Shown here: positions 33,179-43,281 of the stretch, piece by piece
Layout: every line of letters begins with the position of its first letter
How positions within the stretch are numbered: the stretch's first letter is position 1
Notes under the pieces: generated by a model
What the model saw: the letters and a program-made list of their open reading frames with translations, nothing else
Database searches by the model: none
What the model was told of the DNA's origin: nothing
Origin: Candidatus Eiseniibacteriota bacterium
GTDB taxonomy: Bacteria > Eisenbacteria > RBG-16-71-46 > CAIMUX01
Direction of reading: 5' to 3'
DNA: 64,000 nucleotides
Assembly (NCBI GenBank): GCA_903844735.1
Contig: CAIMUX010000080.1
Location: 18,820-82,819, forward strand
Position numbers and translations under genes: made by a program

Positions 33179-33469
33179 TCATGGTTCCGGGTTCGGGGTG
33201 AACCGGATGCTGTCGATGGTGCTGCCGGGTGCAACCTCCCTCAGTCGCTCCAGCATCTTCGGTATAAGAAAGGAGAGGTGGTGCTGCAGCACCGCGTTCT
33301 CCACATACACCCAGAGGGTTCTCCCCTGGACCCGCAGCGGCTGCGTGCTCGCGGCCAGCGACTCGCCCACAACCTCGCGCCAGCGGGGAAAGGCGCGGTA
33401 GTTCCTCACCCCGGTCTCAAGGTCTCTGCCGCGCAGTACGGCCTGGAGGATTCCCGAAATGTGGTCCAT
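33179..33469 (-). CDS. DUF721 (DciA-like) protein
   Basis: Small ORF between dnaN and gyrB with DUF721-like sequence (…WREVVGESLAAST.P.RVQGRTLWVYVENAVL). Confidence 0.65.
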   Translation of the reverse strand: MDHISGILQAVLRGRDLETGVRNYRAFPRWREVVGESLAASTQPLRVQGRTLWVYVENAVLQHHLSFLIPKMLERLREVAPGSTIDSIRFTPNPEP

Positions 33470-33488
33470 GCCCGGCACGGGTGCCGAC

Positions 33489-34634
33489 TCAATTCGCCGC
33501 GACCGTCTCGCCGCCACGGGCGGGCTCGTCCTGCAGTCGCAGGGGCATGACGAGACAGAGCAGGTCCGGCTTGCCCTCGAGCGGGGTTGGCTCGAAGATG
33601 CTGGCTGCTCCCGACTCCTTGAAAGAGATCCGCACGCGGTCGGTCGTCATGGTTTTGAGCAAATCGAGGAGATAACCCCCGTTGAACCCGGTGCGGAATT
33701 GTGGCCCCTCGTAGTCGGCCGACACCGCCTCACTGGCCTCCCCGACATCATGCGCTTCGGCGGCCAGGCCCAGTCGGCCTGAATCGATGGTGACCTTCAC
33801 CATCCGGGTGGCTGACTCACTGAAAACTGTGACCCTCCGCAGAGCTGCCGCCAGAACCTCGCGGTCAAGATCCGCATGACTGTCGCATCCGCTCGGGATC
33901 GCCTGCTGATAGGGCGGGAACGGGCCATCCAGGAGGCGCGTGTACAGCCTCGTGCTACCCAAGTTGAACAGACAGTATCGCTTGTTCGCGGAAATCGATA
34001 CGGATTCCTGGGCCTCTGACAACAGCCGTTGCAAGACGGCCAGCGTCTTGGTCGGAACCAGAACATCGGCCCATGCCGGGTAGTCTGCGGCGTGAAATGC
34101 CATGGCCAGGCGATGGCCGTTCGTCGCTACGAACCGGAGATCGCCGCCAACCACATGCACAAAGACGGCAGTCTGCTCGGGTCGAGTGTAATCCGTACTT
34201 GCGGCATAGGCCGTCTGGGCGACCAATCGGGCAAGAACCGAACTGGAGACGGCGAAGATCTTCTCTTCATTCAGCTCCGGCAGGGGTGGAAATTCCTGCG
34301 GATCGGGTCCCACAATCCTAAAACGTCCGTTGCCACAATGAATGCTGATACCGCTGGCTGTGGATGAAATCTCGACGACGTCTCCGGGCAATTCCCGCAC
34401 TACCTCGAGAAGTCTCCGAGCGGGTATGGCGGCAATCCCTGGTTGCTCCACCGACGCGTGCAAGGAAGTGACGAGGAAGGCGTCGAGATCCGTCCCGGTG
34501 AACCTGAGCTCGCCGTTTTCGGTCGCTTCCACCAAGATCGAGGTCAGGTGCTGCGCCGCAGTCTTCGTGGGCACAACACCCGCGACCAACTGCAGACTCC
34601 TGTACAGCTCACTCTGAACCAGCGAGAACTTCAT
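33489..34634 (-). CDS. dnaN: DNA polymerase III beta sliding clamp
   Basis: MKFSLVQSEL… three-domain beta-clamp sequence. Start taken at the ATG at 34634. Confidence 0.9.
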   Translation of the reverse strand: MKFSLVQSELYRSLQLVAGVVPTKTAAQHLTSILVEATENGELRFTGTDLDAFLVTSLHASVEQPGIAAIPARRLLEVVRELPGDVVEISSTASGISIHCGNGRFRIVGPDPQEFPPLPELNEEKIFAVSSSVLARLVAQTAYAASTDYTRPEQTAVFVHVVGGDLRFVATNGHRLAMAFHAADYPAWADVLVPTKTLAVLQRLLSEAQESVSISANKRYCLFNLGSTRLYTRLLDGPFPPYQQAIPSGCDSHADLDREVLAAALRRVTVFSESATRMVKVTIDSGRLGLAAEAHDVGEASEAVSADYEGPQFRTGFNGGYLLDLLKTMTTDRVRISFKESGAASIFEPTPLEGKPDLLCLVMPLRLQDEPARGGETVAAN

Positions 34635-34849
34635 GACCCCTCCCGGCACCATGCAGGCGCACCCTTCGGCAATCATCACCCGGACCGCAATCCTCACGGC
34701 CCAGGGTCCTGCCCCTGATTTCTTTCTTCCGCAACCCGAAGACACCGTCCCGGAGACACCGGGGATGCGACTGGGAGGACTCTCCGACGCTGGCGCGTCG
34801 GTGGTCCCAGAGAGCACGTTCGGTGCTCGCCTAGAATAGGAAAGACCCT

Positions 34850-35170
34850 CTCCGAAGTAAAGTCGAAAGGCGGGGCAGGAGGTCGAGTGGATCGGCGTGG
34901 GATCCAGCGACTAGACGCGCTAGAAGATTCTTCTACCAGAGATAGATAGCAAGAGAGTCGTAGTAGTAGGTGTGTGGATAGCGTTGACACTGTTGGGAGC
35001 GTTCGCGAGGGTGGGGGGGCGTAGGGAGTTGGGTCTCTCCCGCCGTGGTGAAGATTCGGGGAGGGTCGGAGCGGATATCCACAATCCGGGCGTCGTCCTC
35101 GGCCTCCACATCGCAACCCCAGGAGGATGTGGAGAGGTGGCCAGGAACGATCCAAGCAACAGGATGGTCG
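34850..35170. promoter_or_regulatory. oriC: candidate oriC: AT-richer dnaN–dnaA spacer with DnaA boxes
   Basis: TGTGGATAG (34974–34982), ATATCCACA (35086–35094) and weaker GTGGATC / TGTGGAGAG boxes. Local AT-rich stretch ctagaagattcttctaccagagatagatagcaagagag. Confidence 0.6.
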
Positions 35171-35174
35171 AGGA

Positions 35175-36557
35175 CTACCTATTTTGTTCGAGGTTCGTTG
35201 TGAGATCCTTTCGGATCCGGTCGAGAGTGGAGGCAAAGGCGGGATCACGGGAGGCCTTCTCGGCAATCCGGGCGCAAGCATACAGCACCGTGCTGTGGTC
35301 CCTGTTGCCAAAGCGACGGCCGATCTCGACGAGCGTGAGGGGGGTCGCTTGTTTGGTCAGGTACATGGCAACCTGGCGCGCGAGGGCGACCGAACTTGTG
35401 CGGCGCCTCCCGCGGAGCGACTCTGGCTGCAACTCGAAATGAACAGCCACAACCTTTTGTATATCAGCGACATCCGGGATTCGCTGCTGTTGCCCCCGGA
35501 TGTAGTCGCCCAGCACTTCCCGGGCCAGGTCGACGGTGATGTCACTCCCCGTCAAGGAGCCAAGAGCAGAGAGCCTGACGAGCGAACCCTCCAACTCCCT
35601 AATGTTGGAGCGGATGTTCTCGGCGATGAAAAAAAACACCGCGTCGGGAATAGCCACCTGCGAACGCTCCGCCTTTCGGCGCAGAATAGCGACCCGCGTT
35701 TCCAGATCGGGGGGTTGGATATCCGTGACCAACCCCCAGTTGAACCGGGAGATCAAGCGCTCCTCCAAGTCCGGGATGTCTTTGGGAGCCCGGTCGCTGG
35801 TGACAACGACCTGCTTATTAGCGTCGTAGAGGCTGTTGAAAGTATGGAAGAACTCCTCTTGGGTGGATTCCTTCCCAGACATGAACTGAATGTCGTCGAT
35901 AAGCAGCAGGTCCAGATTCCGATATCGTTCCCGGAATTCCAGGGTATGGCCGCGCTGGATCGATTCGATCATCTCGTTCATGAACTTCTCTGACGAGACA
36001 TAGAAGACCTTCGCCGCCGCGTTGCGCTGTCTCACCTCGAAGCCAATTGCTTGCATGATATGAGTCTTGCCCAGGCCGACCCCACCGTGGATGAAGAGCG
36101 GGTTGTAAACCCGGGCTGGATCCTGGGCGACCGCGCGGCATGCGGCCGCGGTGAACTCATTTCCGCGCCCGACGACGAAGGTGTCGAACGTGAACTGGGA
36201 TTTGAGGTTCGTGGATGTTAAAACCGGCCCGGCGCGAGCGGACTCAGGAGCCGGCAGGTACTCCTCGCCGCGGACATTGGCACGGGAGAACTTGGAGTCG
36301 TAGCCATCAGCCACCGAAAATCGAATCTCTGGCGCCCGGCCAAAGTGAGCGGAGACCGCCGCCCTCAGTGTTGGGAGGTTATGCTCCTCGAACCAGTCCA
36401 CGAAGAACGGATTAGGGACCTCCAGCACGATTTTCTCCGCAGTGACCTCCAGGGGCAAGATCGGACGAAACCACGTGGCGTACTTCTGCTCAGAAACGGT
36501 ATTCCGCAGAACATCGAGGATCCGGGCCCATGCCTCAGCGGCCGCCGACTCATGCAA
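35175..36557 (-). CDS. dnaA: chromosomal replication initiator protein
   Basis: AAA+ Walker A GGVGLGKTH, sensor motifs and C-terminal DNA-binding domain (…VALARQVAMYLTKQ…). Confidence 0.95.
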   Translation of the reverse strand: MHESAAAEAWARILDVLRNTVSEQKYATWFRPILPLEVTAEKIVLEVPNPFFVDWFEEHNLPTLRAAVSAHFGRAPEIRFSVADGYDSKFSRANVRGEEYLPAPESARAGPVLTSTNLKSQFTFDTFVVGRGNEFTAAACRAVAQDPARVYNPLFIHGGVGLGKTHIMQAIGFEVRQRNAAAKVFYVSSEKFMNEMIESIQRGHTLEFRERYRNLDLLLIDDIQFMSGKESTQEEFFHTFNSLYDANKQVVVTSDRAPKDIPDLEERLISRFNWGLVTDIQPPDLETRVAILRRKAERSQVAIPDAVFFFIAENIRSNIRELEGSLVRLSALGSLTGSDITVDLAREVLGDYIRGQQQRIPDVADIQKVVAVHFELQPESLRGRRRTSSVALARQVAMYLTKQATPLTLVEIGRRFGNRDHSTVLYACARIAEKASRDPAFASTLDRIRKDLTTNLEQNR

Positions 36558-36589
36558 AGCTCAAGCCCCTTCAACGCGAGTGCGCATAA

Positions 36590-36862
36590 ACTTATTCACA
36601 AAACTGTCCACACAGGCCCCATCGCGGGGAATTGGCCCTTGGGGCTTTCGGATGCCACGGAGGCGGGGAGAAGTTTGAGCTCCGGGACCTCCGTCCACCA
36701 AGCAGGGCGAACACAAGCACATGCAGTGCATTCGGTTGCGACAACACCGATGAGGTTCTCCACAGGAAGGCCCAACATTTCCCCGGAAAATCGGGAGACC
36801 GCCGCGGTTGATGCGGTCCCTTGCATCCTCAGCGCGGGGCCAAGCGGCGCAAGTTATTCACA
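36590..36862. promoter_or_regulatory. DnaA-box cluster upstream of dnaA (autoregulatory / possible second origin half)
   Basis: TTATTCACA at 36592–36600 and again at 36853–36861; TGTCCACAC at 36605–36613. Confidence 0.45.
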
Positions 36863-37228
36863 GCCAACCGCGAGATCCGAAAACGGTGCGGATCCTAGCA
36901 TGAACCCCCGACGCAGACAATGGGATTCTGCCGCCCGGCGAAGTTTCCTTAACTCGCTGTGGGACAAGAGGATTCGGTGGCTTGTGCCTTTGGGGAAGAG
37001 GAGAGGCAAGATCGCTGGGGTTTGGGCGGCATCCGGTGGGATTTCCAGGGTTCGGGCGCGGTACCCGGAGCACCGAGGGTGACGCCCACCACACAGGGCA
37101 TCGTGGGAGGGGCGCCGGAATTGTGCTGTTGACCCCGCCGGGAGCATCCGCTAGCTTCATCAAGTATCCGAAGGTCGGGCTGAGCTGGCAGCCGCCGACT
37201 TGGCCAAGGAATGGAGACGAGGAGATCC

Positions 37229-37366
37229 ATGAAGAGGACATTTCAGCCGCACAACCGCCGCAAACTCAAGGTCCACGGCTTCCGCAAACGCATGAGCACC
37301 GCCAATGGACGCAAGGTCCTGAAGAACCGCCGGGCCAAGGGGCGGAAGCGGCTCGTGGTTTCGTGA
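37229..37366 (+). CDS. rpmH: 50S ribosomal protein L34
   Basis: Translation [45 protein letters not shown] with GGAG RBS. Too short for the ORF track (coordinates ±1). Confidence 0.9.
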   Translation: MKRTFQPHNRRKLKVHGFRKRMSTANGRKVLKNRRAKGRKRLVVS

Positions 37367-37377
37367 CGTGAACCGGG

Positions 37378-37758
37378 GTGAGCCCCAGCGAAGTCCTCAT
37401 CAGGAAAGCCGATTTCCAGAGGATCCACAGTGAAGGTCGGGCGCTGCGGGGGCCGGACGTGGTGGTCGTGTACACCAGGACCGACCGGCCGGTGTATAGG
37501 TATGCTGTCGTGGCGAGCCGCAAGGTCGGGTCGGCAGTGCGCAGAAACCGGGCTAAGCGGGTTCTGCGGGAAGCCCAGCGGCAACTGTTTGGCGGGGCGG
37601 ATCTCGCCGGGATCGATATCCTGCTGATCGCAAAAAGCGGGGCGGTTGCCCAAACCAGCCGAGCCCTGCGGGATCAAGTCGAGTCCCTTCTGCTTCGCGA
37701 TGGAGTTCTCTCCGGGGGATCGCCGACCCGGCCGGGGGAGAGTCGAGATTTTTCCTGA
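37378..37758 (+). CDS. rnpA: ribonuclease P protein component
   Basis: GTG start. Conserved RNR basic motif [22 protein letters not shown]. Follows rpmH. Confidence 0.85.
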   Translation: MSPSEVLIRKADFQRIHSEGRALRGPDVVVVYTRTDRPVYRYAVVASRKVGSAVRRNRAKRVLREAQRQLFGGADLAGIDILLIAKSGAVAQTSRALRDQVESLLLRDGVLSGGSPTRPGESRDFS

Positions 37759-37777
37759 ACAGTACCGCACGGGCGCG

Positions 37778-38083
37778 ATGGGACCGACGAGCGTGTTCTT
37801 GACCGCCACCATCGCTCTGTACAGGCGGTTCGTGTCGCCTGTCTTGCCGCCGACGTGCCGTTTCACACCGACATGCTCAGCCTTTGCGCTCGAGGCGATC
37901 CGTGAGCACGGAGCGTGGCGGGGTTCCGGCCTGGCGATCCGCCGGATCCTGCGTTGCCACCCGTGGCATCTCGGCGGAAAGGATCCTGTGCCGCCGCGGG
38001 AAAGAAGGGTAGGGGAAAGGCCTGATGGACCGAAGGACGATCATCGCGTTTGCCATGATGGCAGGCGCGCTGCTGCTGTATAG
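37778..38083 (+). CDS. yidD: membrane protein insertion efficiency factor YidD
   Basis: Conserved [27 protein letters not shown]…GG.DPVP. Overlaps the yidC start. Confidence 0.8.
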   Translation: MGPTSVFLTATIALYRRFVSPVLPPTCRFTPTCSAFALEAIREHGAWRGSGLAIRRILRCHPWHLGGKDPVPPRERRVGERPDGPKDDHRVCHDGRRAAAV

Positions 38084-39728
38084 TTCCCTGTTCCCGAGCA
38101 AACAGCAGGCGCCGCCGGCGCGCCCTGCCCCGATCGTCAGCGAGACGGGCACGGCGCCCGCGGTGCCGCGAGTGGGCGCGGCTTCCCGAGCAGCCGCGAC
38201 GGGGGCCCAGGGACAGCCCGACGGGCGAGTCTTCGGGACGGCCCGCGCGGGCCCGGACTCCCAGTCCCGGGTCTTTGATCTTCCGGACTATCGCGCGGTC
38301 ATCGACCCTGTCGGTGGACGCATCACCTCCTGGGTTCTAAAGAGATTCACCGATGCGGCGGAACAGCCCGCCGACATCGTTCCATCGGCAGGCCCCGGCC
38401 TCTTGGAGGTGGACATCCTGACCGGGGGAGAGGATCTGGACCTATCGAGAACCGCCTTCGACGTGGCCCCACGCGCGGAGGGGGCACCCCGGGGCCTGAC
38501 CCTTACGTCCCGGGACACCACCGGCGCCACCGTTCGTCTGGACTACGAGTTTCCGGGCAGTGGGAGCTACTCGACGCGCCTGCGCGTTTTCGTGAGTGGA
38601 GCGGCCGGCGACAACCGGGCCTCCTTTCTGCGCCTTGCATTTCCTCAGGGGGTAGCCCATCTCGAGAGGGATCCCAAGCTCGACCGGCTGGCCGCGGCCG
38701 GAGTGGCCCTGATCGGAACCCGCACGGTCAAGCACGCCTTTGGGGGCAAGCAGGGCTTCGGGTTCGGATCTGGCGGGGGAGACAAAGGCTGGAGTGAGGA
38801 TGCCGAGGGGGTCGTCCACTGGGCAGGGGTCCGGTCGAAGTACTTCCTGGCGGCGATCATGCCCCGGAATGCGGAATCGGGACAGCCGGGCGTGGATGCC
38901 CATGTGGGGATTCGCCGCGGGGCCGGCGAGAACCACATCCGGACCGAAGTTCTCCTTCCTCTCAACCTGAGCGGCCCGACCGAATATGTGGTCGATCTTT
39001 ACGCGGGCCCCATGGACTACGCCGAGCTTGCGCGGTTCAAGGTCGGTCTCGAAAAGGCCCGGGATCTCGGTTGGCGCTGGGTCGTCCCGGTCAGCAAGCT
39101 CCTCATCAAGTTCTTCCAGATGGTACACAGCGTGGTGCCCAACTACGGGCTCTGCATCATTATCCTCTCGATTCTCGTCAAGGTTGTCTTCTACCCCCTT
39201 TCCCGGAAGAGCGTGGAGAGCATGCGGGACATGCAGCGGCTCAAGCCCGAGATGGAGCGGCTCAACGAGAAGTTCAAGGACGATCCCCAGAAGAAGAACC
39301 AGGCAACCCTTGAGCTCTACAAGAAACACAAGGTGAACCCACTGGGGGGGTGTCTGCCCATTGTCGTGCAGATGCCGGTCTTTATCGCCCTGTACAACGT
39401 GCTCAGCTCGGCGGTCGAACTGCGCAAGGCGCCGTTCGGCCTGTGGATCGGAGACCTTTCCGCACCGGACAGGGTCGGGGCCGTTGCCGGTCTTCCCATC
39501 CACATCATGCCCCTGATCATGGCCGGGACCATGGTCTGGCAGCAGAAGCTGACCCCCACCGACCCGCGACAGGCCGCCATGGCCTACATCATGCCGGTCG
39601 TCATGACCGTGTTTTTCTACGCCATGCCGTCAGGGCTGGTCCTCTACTGGACCGTGACGAACCTCATGGCGATCGGCCAACAGATCTGGATCAACCGAAG
39701 CGTGGTGCAACCCACGGTCGCCGCCTGA
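38025..39728 (+). CDS. yidC: membrane protein insertase YidC
   Basis: N-terminal TM, large periplasmic domain, conserved C-terminal 5-TM core (…[29 protein letters not shown]…). Confidence 0.9.
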   Translation: MDRRTIIAFAMMAGALLLYSSLFPSKQQAPPARPAPIVSETGTAPAVPRVGAASRAAATGAQGQPDGRVFGTARAGPDSQSRVFDLPDYRAVIDPVGGRITSWVLKRFTDAAEQPADIVPSAGPGLLEVDILTGGEDLDLSRTAFDVAPRAEGAPRGLTLTSRDTTGATVRLDYEFPGSGSYSTRLRVFVSGAAGDNRASFLRLAFPQGVAHLERDPKLDRLAAAGVALIGTRTVKHAFGGKQGFGFGSGGGDKGWSEDAEGVVHWAGVRSKYFLAAIMPRNAESGQPGVDAHVGIRRGAGENHIRTEVLLPLNLSGPTEYVVDLYAGPMDYAELARFKVGLEKARDLGWRWVVPVSKLLIKFFQMVHSVVPNYGLCIIILSILVKVVFYPLSRKSVESMRDMQRLKPEMERLNEKFKDDPQKKNQATLELYKKHKVNPLGGCLPIVVQMPVFIALYNVLSSAVELRKAPFGLWIGDLSAPDRVGAVAGLPIHIMPLIMAGTMVWQQKLTPTDPRQAAMAYIMPVVMTVFFYAMPSGLVLYWTVTNLMAIGQQIWINRSVVQPTVAA

Positions 39729-39750
39729 AGCGCGGCACGGAGACAAGAAG

Positions 39751-41176
39751 GATGAACAGAGAGAGATTTCGCCGGGCCACAGGCCCACTGTCAGTCGAGA
39801 TCGCAGGAAAGACCGTTGACGAAGCCATTCAGGCGGCACTTGGTCGCCTGCGCGCCCGCCGGGACGAGGTGGAGGTCGAGGTCTTACAGGAAGGCCGCGG
39901 TGGCCTCTTCGGCATAGGCTCTCGCGAGGCGCGAGTCCGGGTGAGGCGGCATGACAAGTCCGAACCAAGGGCGGATGGAAGAACCGAGCGCCGGCCACCG
40001 ATCTCGACCGGAGAATCCCCCGCCCGTCGGGGCGCGCCAAGCGGTCGTCGCGCGAGCGAAGACATCGACAGGCTCGAACGCGAGGTCGAAAAGCACCGCA
40101 CAGCACGCGGGGCTGCTCCTCGGGAGACCCGGGCCACACCGGCGGCGTCCGAGGCCCGCGCACCCGCCCAGAGTAGTGCTCCCCGGCGCCGCGAACCGGC
40201 GGCCGGCCCGCCGGATGTCCGGCTGCCTGCGCCCCGCGGAGATTCGGGAGGCCCCCGTCGGCGGAGCGGAGGCGGCGGTCGACCACCGGCCGGGGGGCGA
40301 TCCGAAGAGCGGCCGATCCCGTTGCCACGAGCGGCTGTGACGCGCTCGACCCCGCCGATGGTCGAGCCCTCGGTGCAGCCATCCTCCCCGACAACCGTGG
40401 AGCCGGCGATCCTGGCCGACTTCACGCTGGGCGTCTTGACGCGCATGGGCTACGCAGCCCGGGTGGAGGCCTCGTACGCGGATGATGCCTACGAGGTGAG
40501 GATCGACGCGGGCGAGCACAATGACATCCTCATCGGGAAGAAGGGCGAGACCATCGATGCCCTGCAGCATGTCTTGGCCAAGATGGCCAGCCGAGGCCTG
40601 GAAGAGCTTCTCCGCGTACGCGTCGACATCGCCGAGTACCGGCAGAAGCGGAGCTCTGAGCTGTCAGAGCGGGCGCTCGAAATGGCGCAGCAGGTCGTGG
40701 AGAACGGCCGTGAGATCATCACCGAGCCTCTGTCTGCGGCGGAGCGCCGGTCGATTCACCGGGCGCTTTCGGATCATCCCGAAGTCACAACCCAGAGTCT
40801 CGGTGACGGCCAGGTCAAGCCCGTCTGGATCGGCCTGAAGAGCTCGATGCCGGCCAAGCCGGAGGTCGCCCCCATCGTTGTGCATCGCGGCGGATCGTCC
40901 CGCCCGGCCCCATCTCGGGGGTATCCAGACGACGGCGCCCGGGAGGGCCGGATCGAACCGGCAGCTCCATCCACGCCGGGGCCCACCACGGTGCGTGCGC
41001 CCGCCGCGACGCCTGCTGCTACGCCCGCAGCGCCCGCGGCCCCCAGCGCCCCGGCCCCGCGGCCGCTCCCTGCTCCCAGGGAGGACTCTTCCGGAAACAA
41101 AGACAAGCCCGCGGTCATTGAGCAGGCGCCCGAGTGGGGCCGACGGCCGAAGCCTGCAAAGGGGCGTCGGAAGTGA
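39751..41176 (+). CDS. jag: Jag/KhpB-like R3H-KH RNA-binding protein with long Pro/Ala/Arg-rich low-complexity extensions
   Basis: Jag_N (MNRERFRRATGPLSVEIAGKTVDEAIQ), KH/R3H region (GKKGETIDALQHVL…SAAERRSIHRAL) and two disordered P/A/R-rich segments. AAGAAGGA RBS. Confidence 0.8.
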
Positions 41177-41304
41177 GACAAAGGCGCCGGCGTCGGGGCA
41201 ACACCCCGACACGGCGGCAATTACCGGAGGAGCCACGCCGGGGGCGGGATTTCGAGCCGGACTTGGCGTGGCTTCTCGCGGTCATTGAGCCCTATTCCAT
41301 TCCC

Positions 41305-41907
41305 ATGGAAGCCCGGGCCCCGGCCCGGCTCCGGGTCTTTGCGCAGGAACTGCTCGCCCGCAGCGATCGTCTCAACCTTCTCTCTCACGCGGATGCACCC
41401 CAAGTGATCCGCAAGCATGTGGCCGCATCGTTGGGCGTGTTCCTGGTTGCACACCCCACCGAGGGCGAGGAATGGATCGACGTTGGAACCGGCGCTGGCT
41501 TCCCGGGGCTAGTGCTAAAGATCGCCGAGCCGGGCTTGCGTATCACGCTGCTCGATTCCGCCCGCAAGCGCTGTCTGTTTCTGGAGAGCGTGGTGCGCAG
41601 CCTGGACTTGGGGCGTGTTCCGGTGATGCCACTACGGGTCGAGAACTTGGTGGCTCGAGGCGAAGACCTGGGGCGGTTTGCGGTCCTCACCGCACGCGCT
41701 GTGACATCGCTCGTGGAGACAGTGCGGGGCTTTGGCCCGCTCGTCATGCCCGGGGGGCGGATCGTGACATTCAAAGGACCAGGGTGGCCCGACGAGATCA
41801 AGGCGCTCGAGGCGGCGGGATTGATGGGGCGGGGTGGCGCCTCGCTCGACTCGGTGACCCGAATCCCATGGGTCGCCGGCCACATCGTGACCCTGCGGAA
41901 GTCGTAA
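41305..41907 (+). CDS. rsmG: 16S rRNA (guanine527-N7)-methyltransferase
   Basis: SAM motif VGTGAGFPGLVLKI. An in-frame GTG at 41173 overlaps the jag stop (GTGA) and is an alternative start. Confidence 0.8.
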   Translation: MEARAPARLRVFAQELLARSDRLNLLSHADAPQVIRKHVAASLGVFLVAHPTEGEEWIDVGTGAGFPGLVLKIAEPGLRITLLDSARKRCLFLESVVRSLDLGRVPVMPLRVENLVARGEDLGRFAVLTARAVTSLVETVRGFGPLVMPGGRIVTFKGPGWPDEIKALEAAGLMGRGGASLDSVTRIPWVAGHIVTLRKS

Positions 41908-42112
41908 CGACTCGGGTAGACAGGATTCAGAAGTCAGAACTCAATCGGGGCCTGTGCACGGGCCTTCAACAGCACGCGGACCGTTTCAGGCAATGGGCCC
42001 GGCCAGAAACAAACCGGTGGGACATTTGCCACGTCACCAAGCCCGCGAATCTCATCGAGGAACGTCCTCATTCTGACCCCTGGATTCCGATTTCTGACTA
42101 TCCGGGTAGTCA
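41908..42112. repeat. MITE-like element: inverted pair of the TAGACAGgATTCAGAAGTCAGAA repeat flanking ~150 nt
   Basis: Plus copy GGGTAGACAGGATTCAGAAGTCAGAACTCAATCGGGG at 41908–41948. Inverted copy (reverse complement of CATTCTGACCCCTGGATTCCGATTTCTGACTATCCGGGTAGTCACC) at 42060–42112. Located 3' of rsmG. Confidence 0.45.
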
Positions 42113-42350
42113 CCGGGCGCCTTTGCTTCCCACGGCCGCAGCCGGAATGAGTCGGGCCACCCCCGCCGTTGCGGGTGGCGACGGGGCGATCGGGCTCCAT
42201 CGCGGGCGCCCGCGGCGCCGGATTCGCGCAATGATCCATAATTGCCCCCCAGCCCTGCCAGCCCAAGCGCCCGTCCGCAGATGCGACCAAAACTCTCCTA
42301 TGCGACAGAACAAATTGCTAAAATGAGAGATATAGCCTTTTCCAAACCCA

Positions 42351-42368
42351 AGGTTCCACGTGGAACTT
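42351..42368. promoter_or_regulatory. parS: parS-like palindrome (GGTTCCACGTGGAACT)
   Basis: 14-bp perfect palindrome GTTCCACGTGGAAC, matching the core of the canonical parS tGTTtCACGTGaAACa. About 150 nt upstream of parA in an AT-richer stretch. Confidence 0.6.
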
Positions 42369-42519
42369 TCGAGTTGACCTTCCATCTGGGGTGATGCTAG
42401 CGTCCGGGAGGGCGCGGATGAATCGGCGGGTGGCGGCAAGCGGGGTGGGCCCGACCGCGCGACGTACAGCGGCGGAACCCGATGGAGAACATGGAGTTCT
42501 GGGGAGGGTGAGTCGCACG

Positions 42520-43281
42520 ATGGGGCGTGTCATTGCGATAGCGAATCAGAAGGGTGGCGTCGGGAAGACCACGACCGTCGTGAATCTGGGCGCCTCTATC
42601 GCGAAGAGCGGCCTCCGGGTGCTCCTGCTGGATCTGGACCCGCAGTCCAACGCCACCTCAGGCGTTGGTGTCTCGGGGGTCAGCCCCGATGATTCGACCT
42701 ACCCAATTCTGGTCATGGGTCACCCCGTGGCGCCGATCATTCGGCGGACATCGTGCGAGCGGCTCGATTTGGCTCCAGCTACCCCGGAGTTGGCGGCGGC
42801 GGAGCTGGAGTTGGTGGACCAAGAGGGCCGGGAGCTTCATCTCCGCAGTGCCCTGGAACATGTTCGCAACGAATACGACTATGTCCTGATCGACTGTCCC
42901 CCGTCGCTCGGCCTGCTGACCATAAATGCTCTGGTGGCAGCAGATTCGGTCTTGATTCCGCTGCAGTGTGAGTACTACGCGCTGGAAGGACTGGGCCACC
43001 TCATGGACACGGTTCGGCGAGTGCGGGAGCGGCTGAACCCCTGCCTCGATGTGGAGGGCGTTCTCCTGACCATGTTCGATGGCAGACTGAACCTGTCCAT
43101 GCAAGTGGCGGAAGAGGCGCGGCGGCACTTCGGCGGAAAAGTGTATGCCACCATGATACCGAGAAATGTGCGGATCGGAGAGGCGCCCAGCTTCGGCAGG
43201 CCGGTCGTAGCCTATGACCCTGCCTGCGTCGGCGCAGTTAGCTATGAGAACTTGGCAAGGGAGATTCTCGCAAATGGCTAA
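42520..43281 (+). CDS. parA: chromosome partitioning ATPase ParA/Soj
   Basis: Deviant Walker A KGGVGKTTT. GGAGGG RBS. Start at MGRVIAIANQKGG. Confidence 0.9.
   Translation: MGRVIAIANQKGGVGKTTTVVNLGASIAKSGLRVLLLDLDPQSNATSGVGVSGVSPDDSTYPILVMGHPVAPIIRRTSCERLDLAPATPELAAAELELVDQEGRELHLRSALEHVRNEYDYVLIDCPPSLGLLTINALVAADSVLIPLQCEYYALEGLGHLMDTVRRVRERLNPCLDVEGVLLTMFDGRLNLSMQVAEEARRHFGGKVYATMIPRNVRIGEAPSFGRPVVAYDPACVGAVSYENLAREILANG

Noticed and set aside
41907-42521. tRNA or other structured RNA in the long rsmG–parA spacer
   Set aside because: No cloverleaf-compatible segment with a T-loop-like GTTCRANYC was found. The spacer is better explained by the MITE-like repeat pair, the parS site and the parA promoter.
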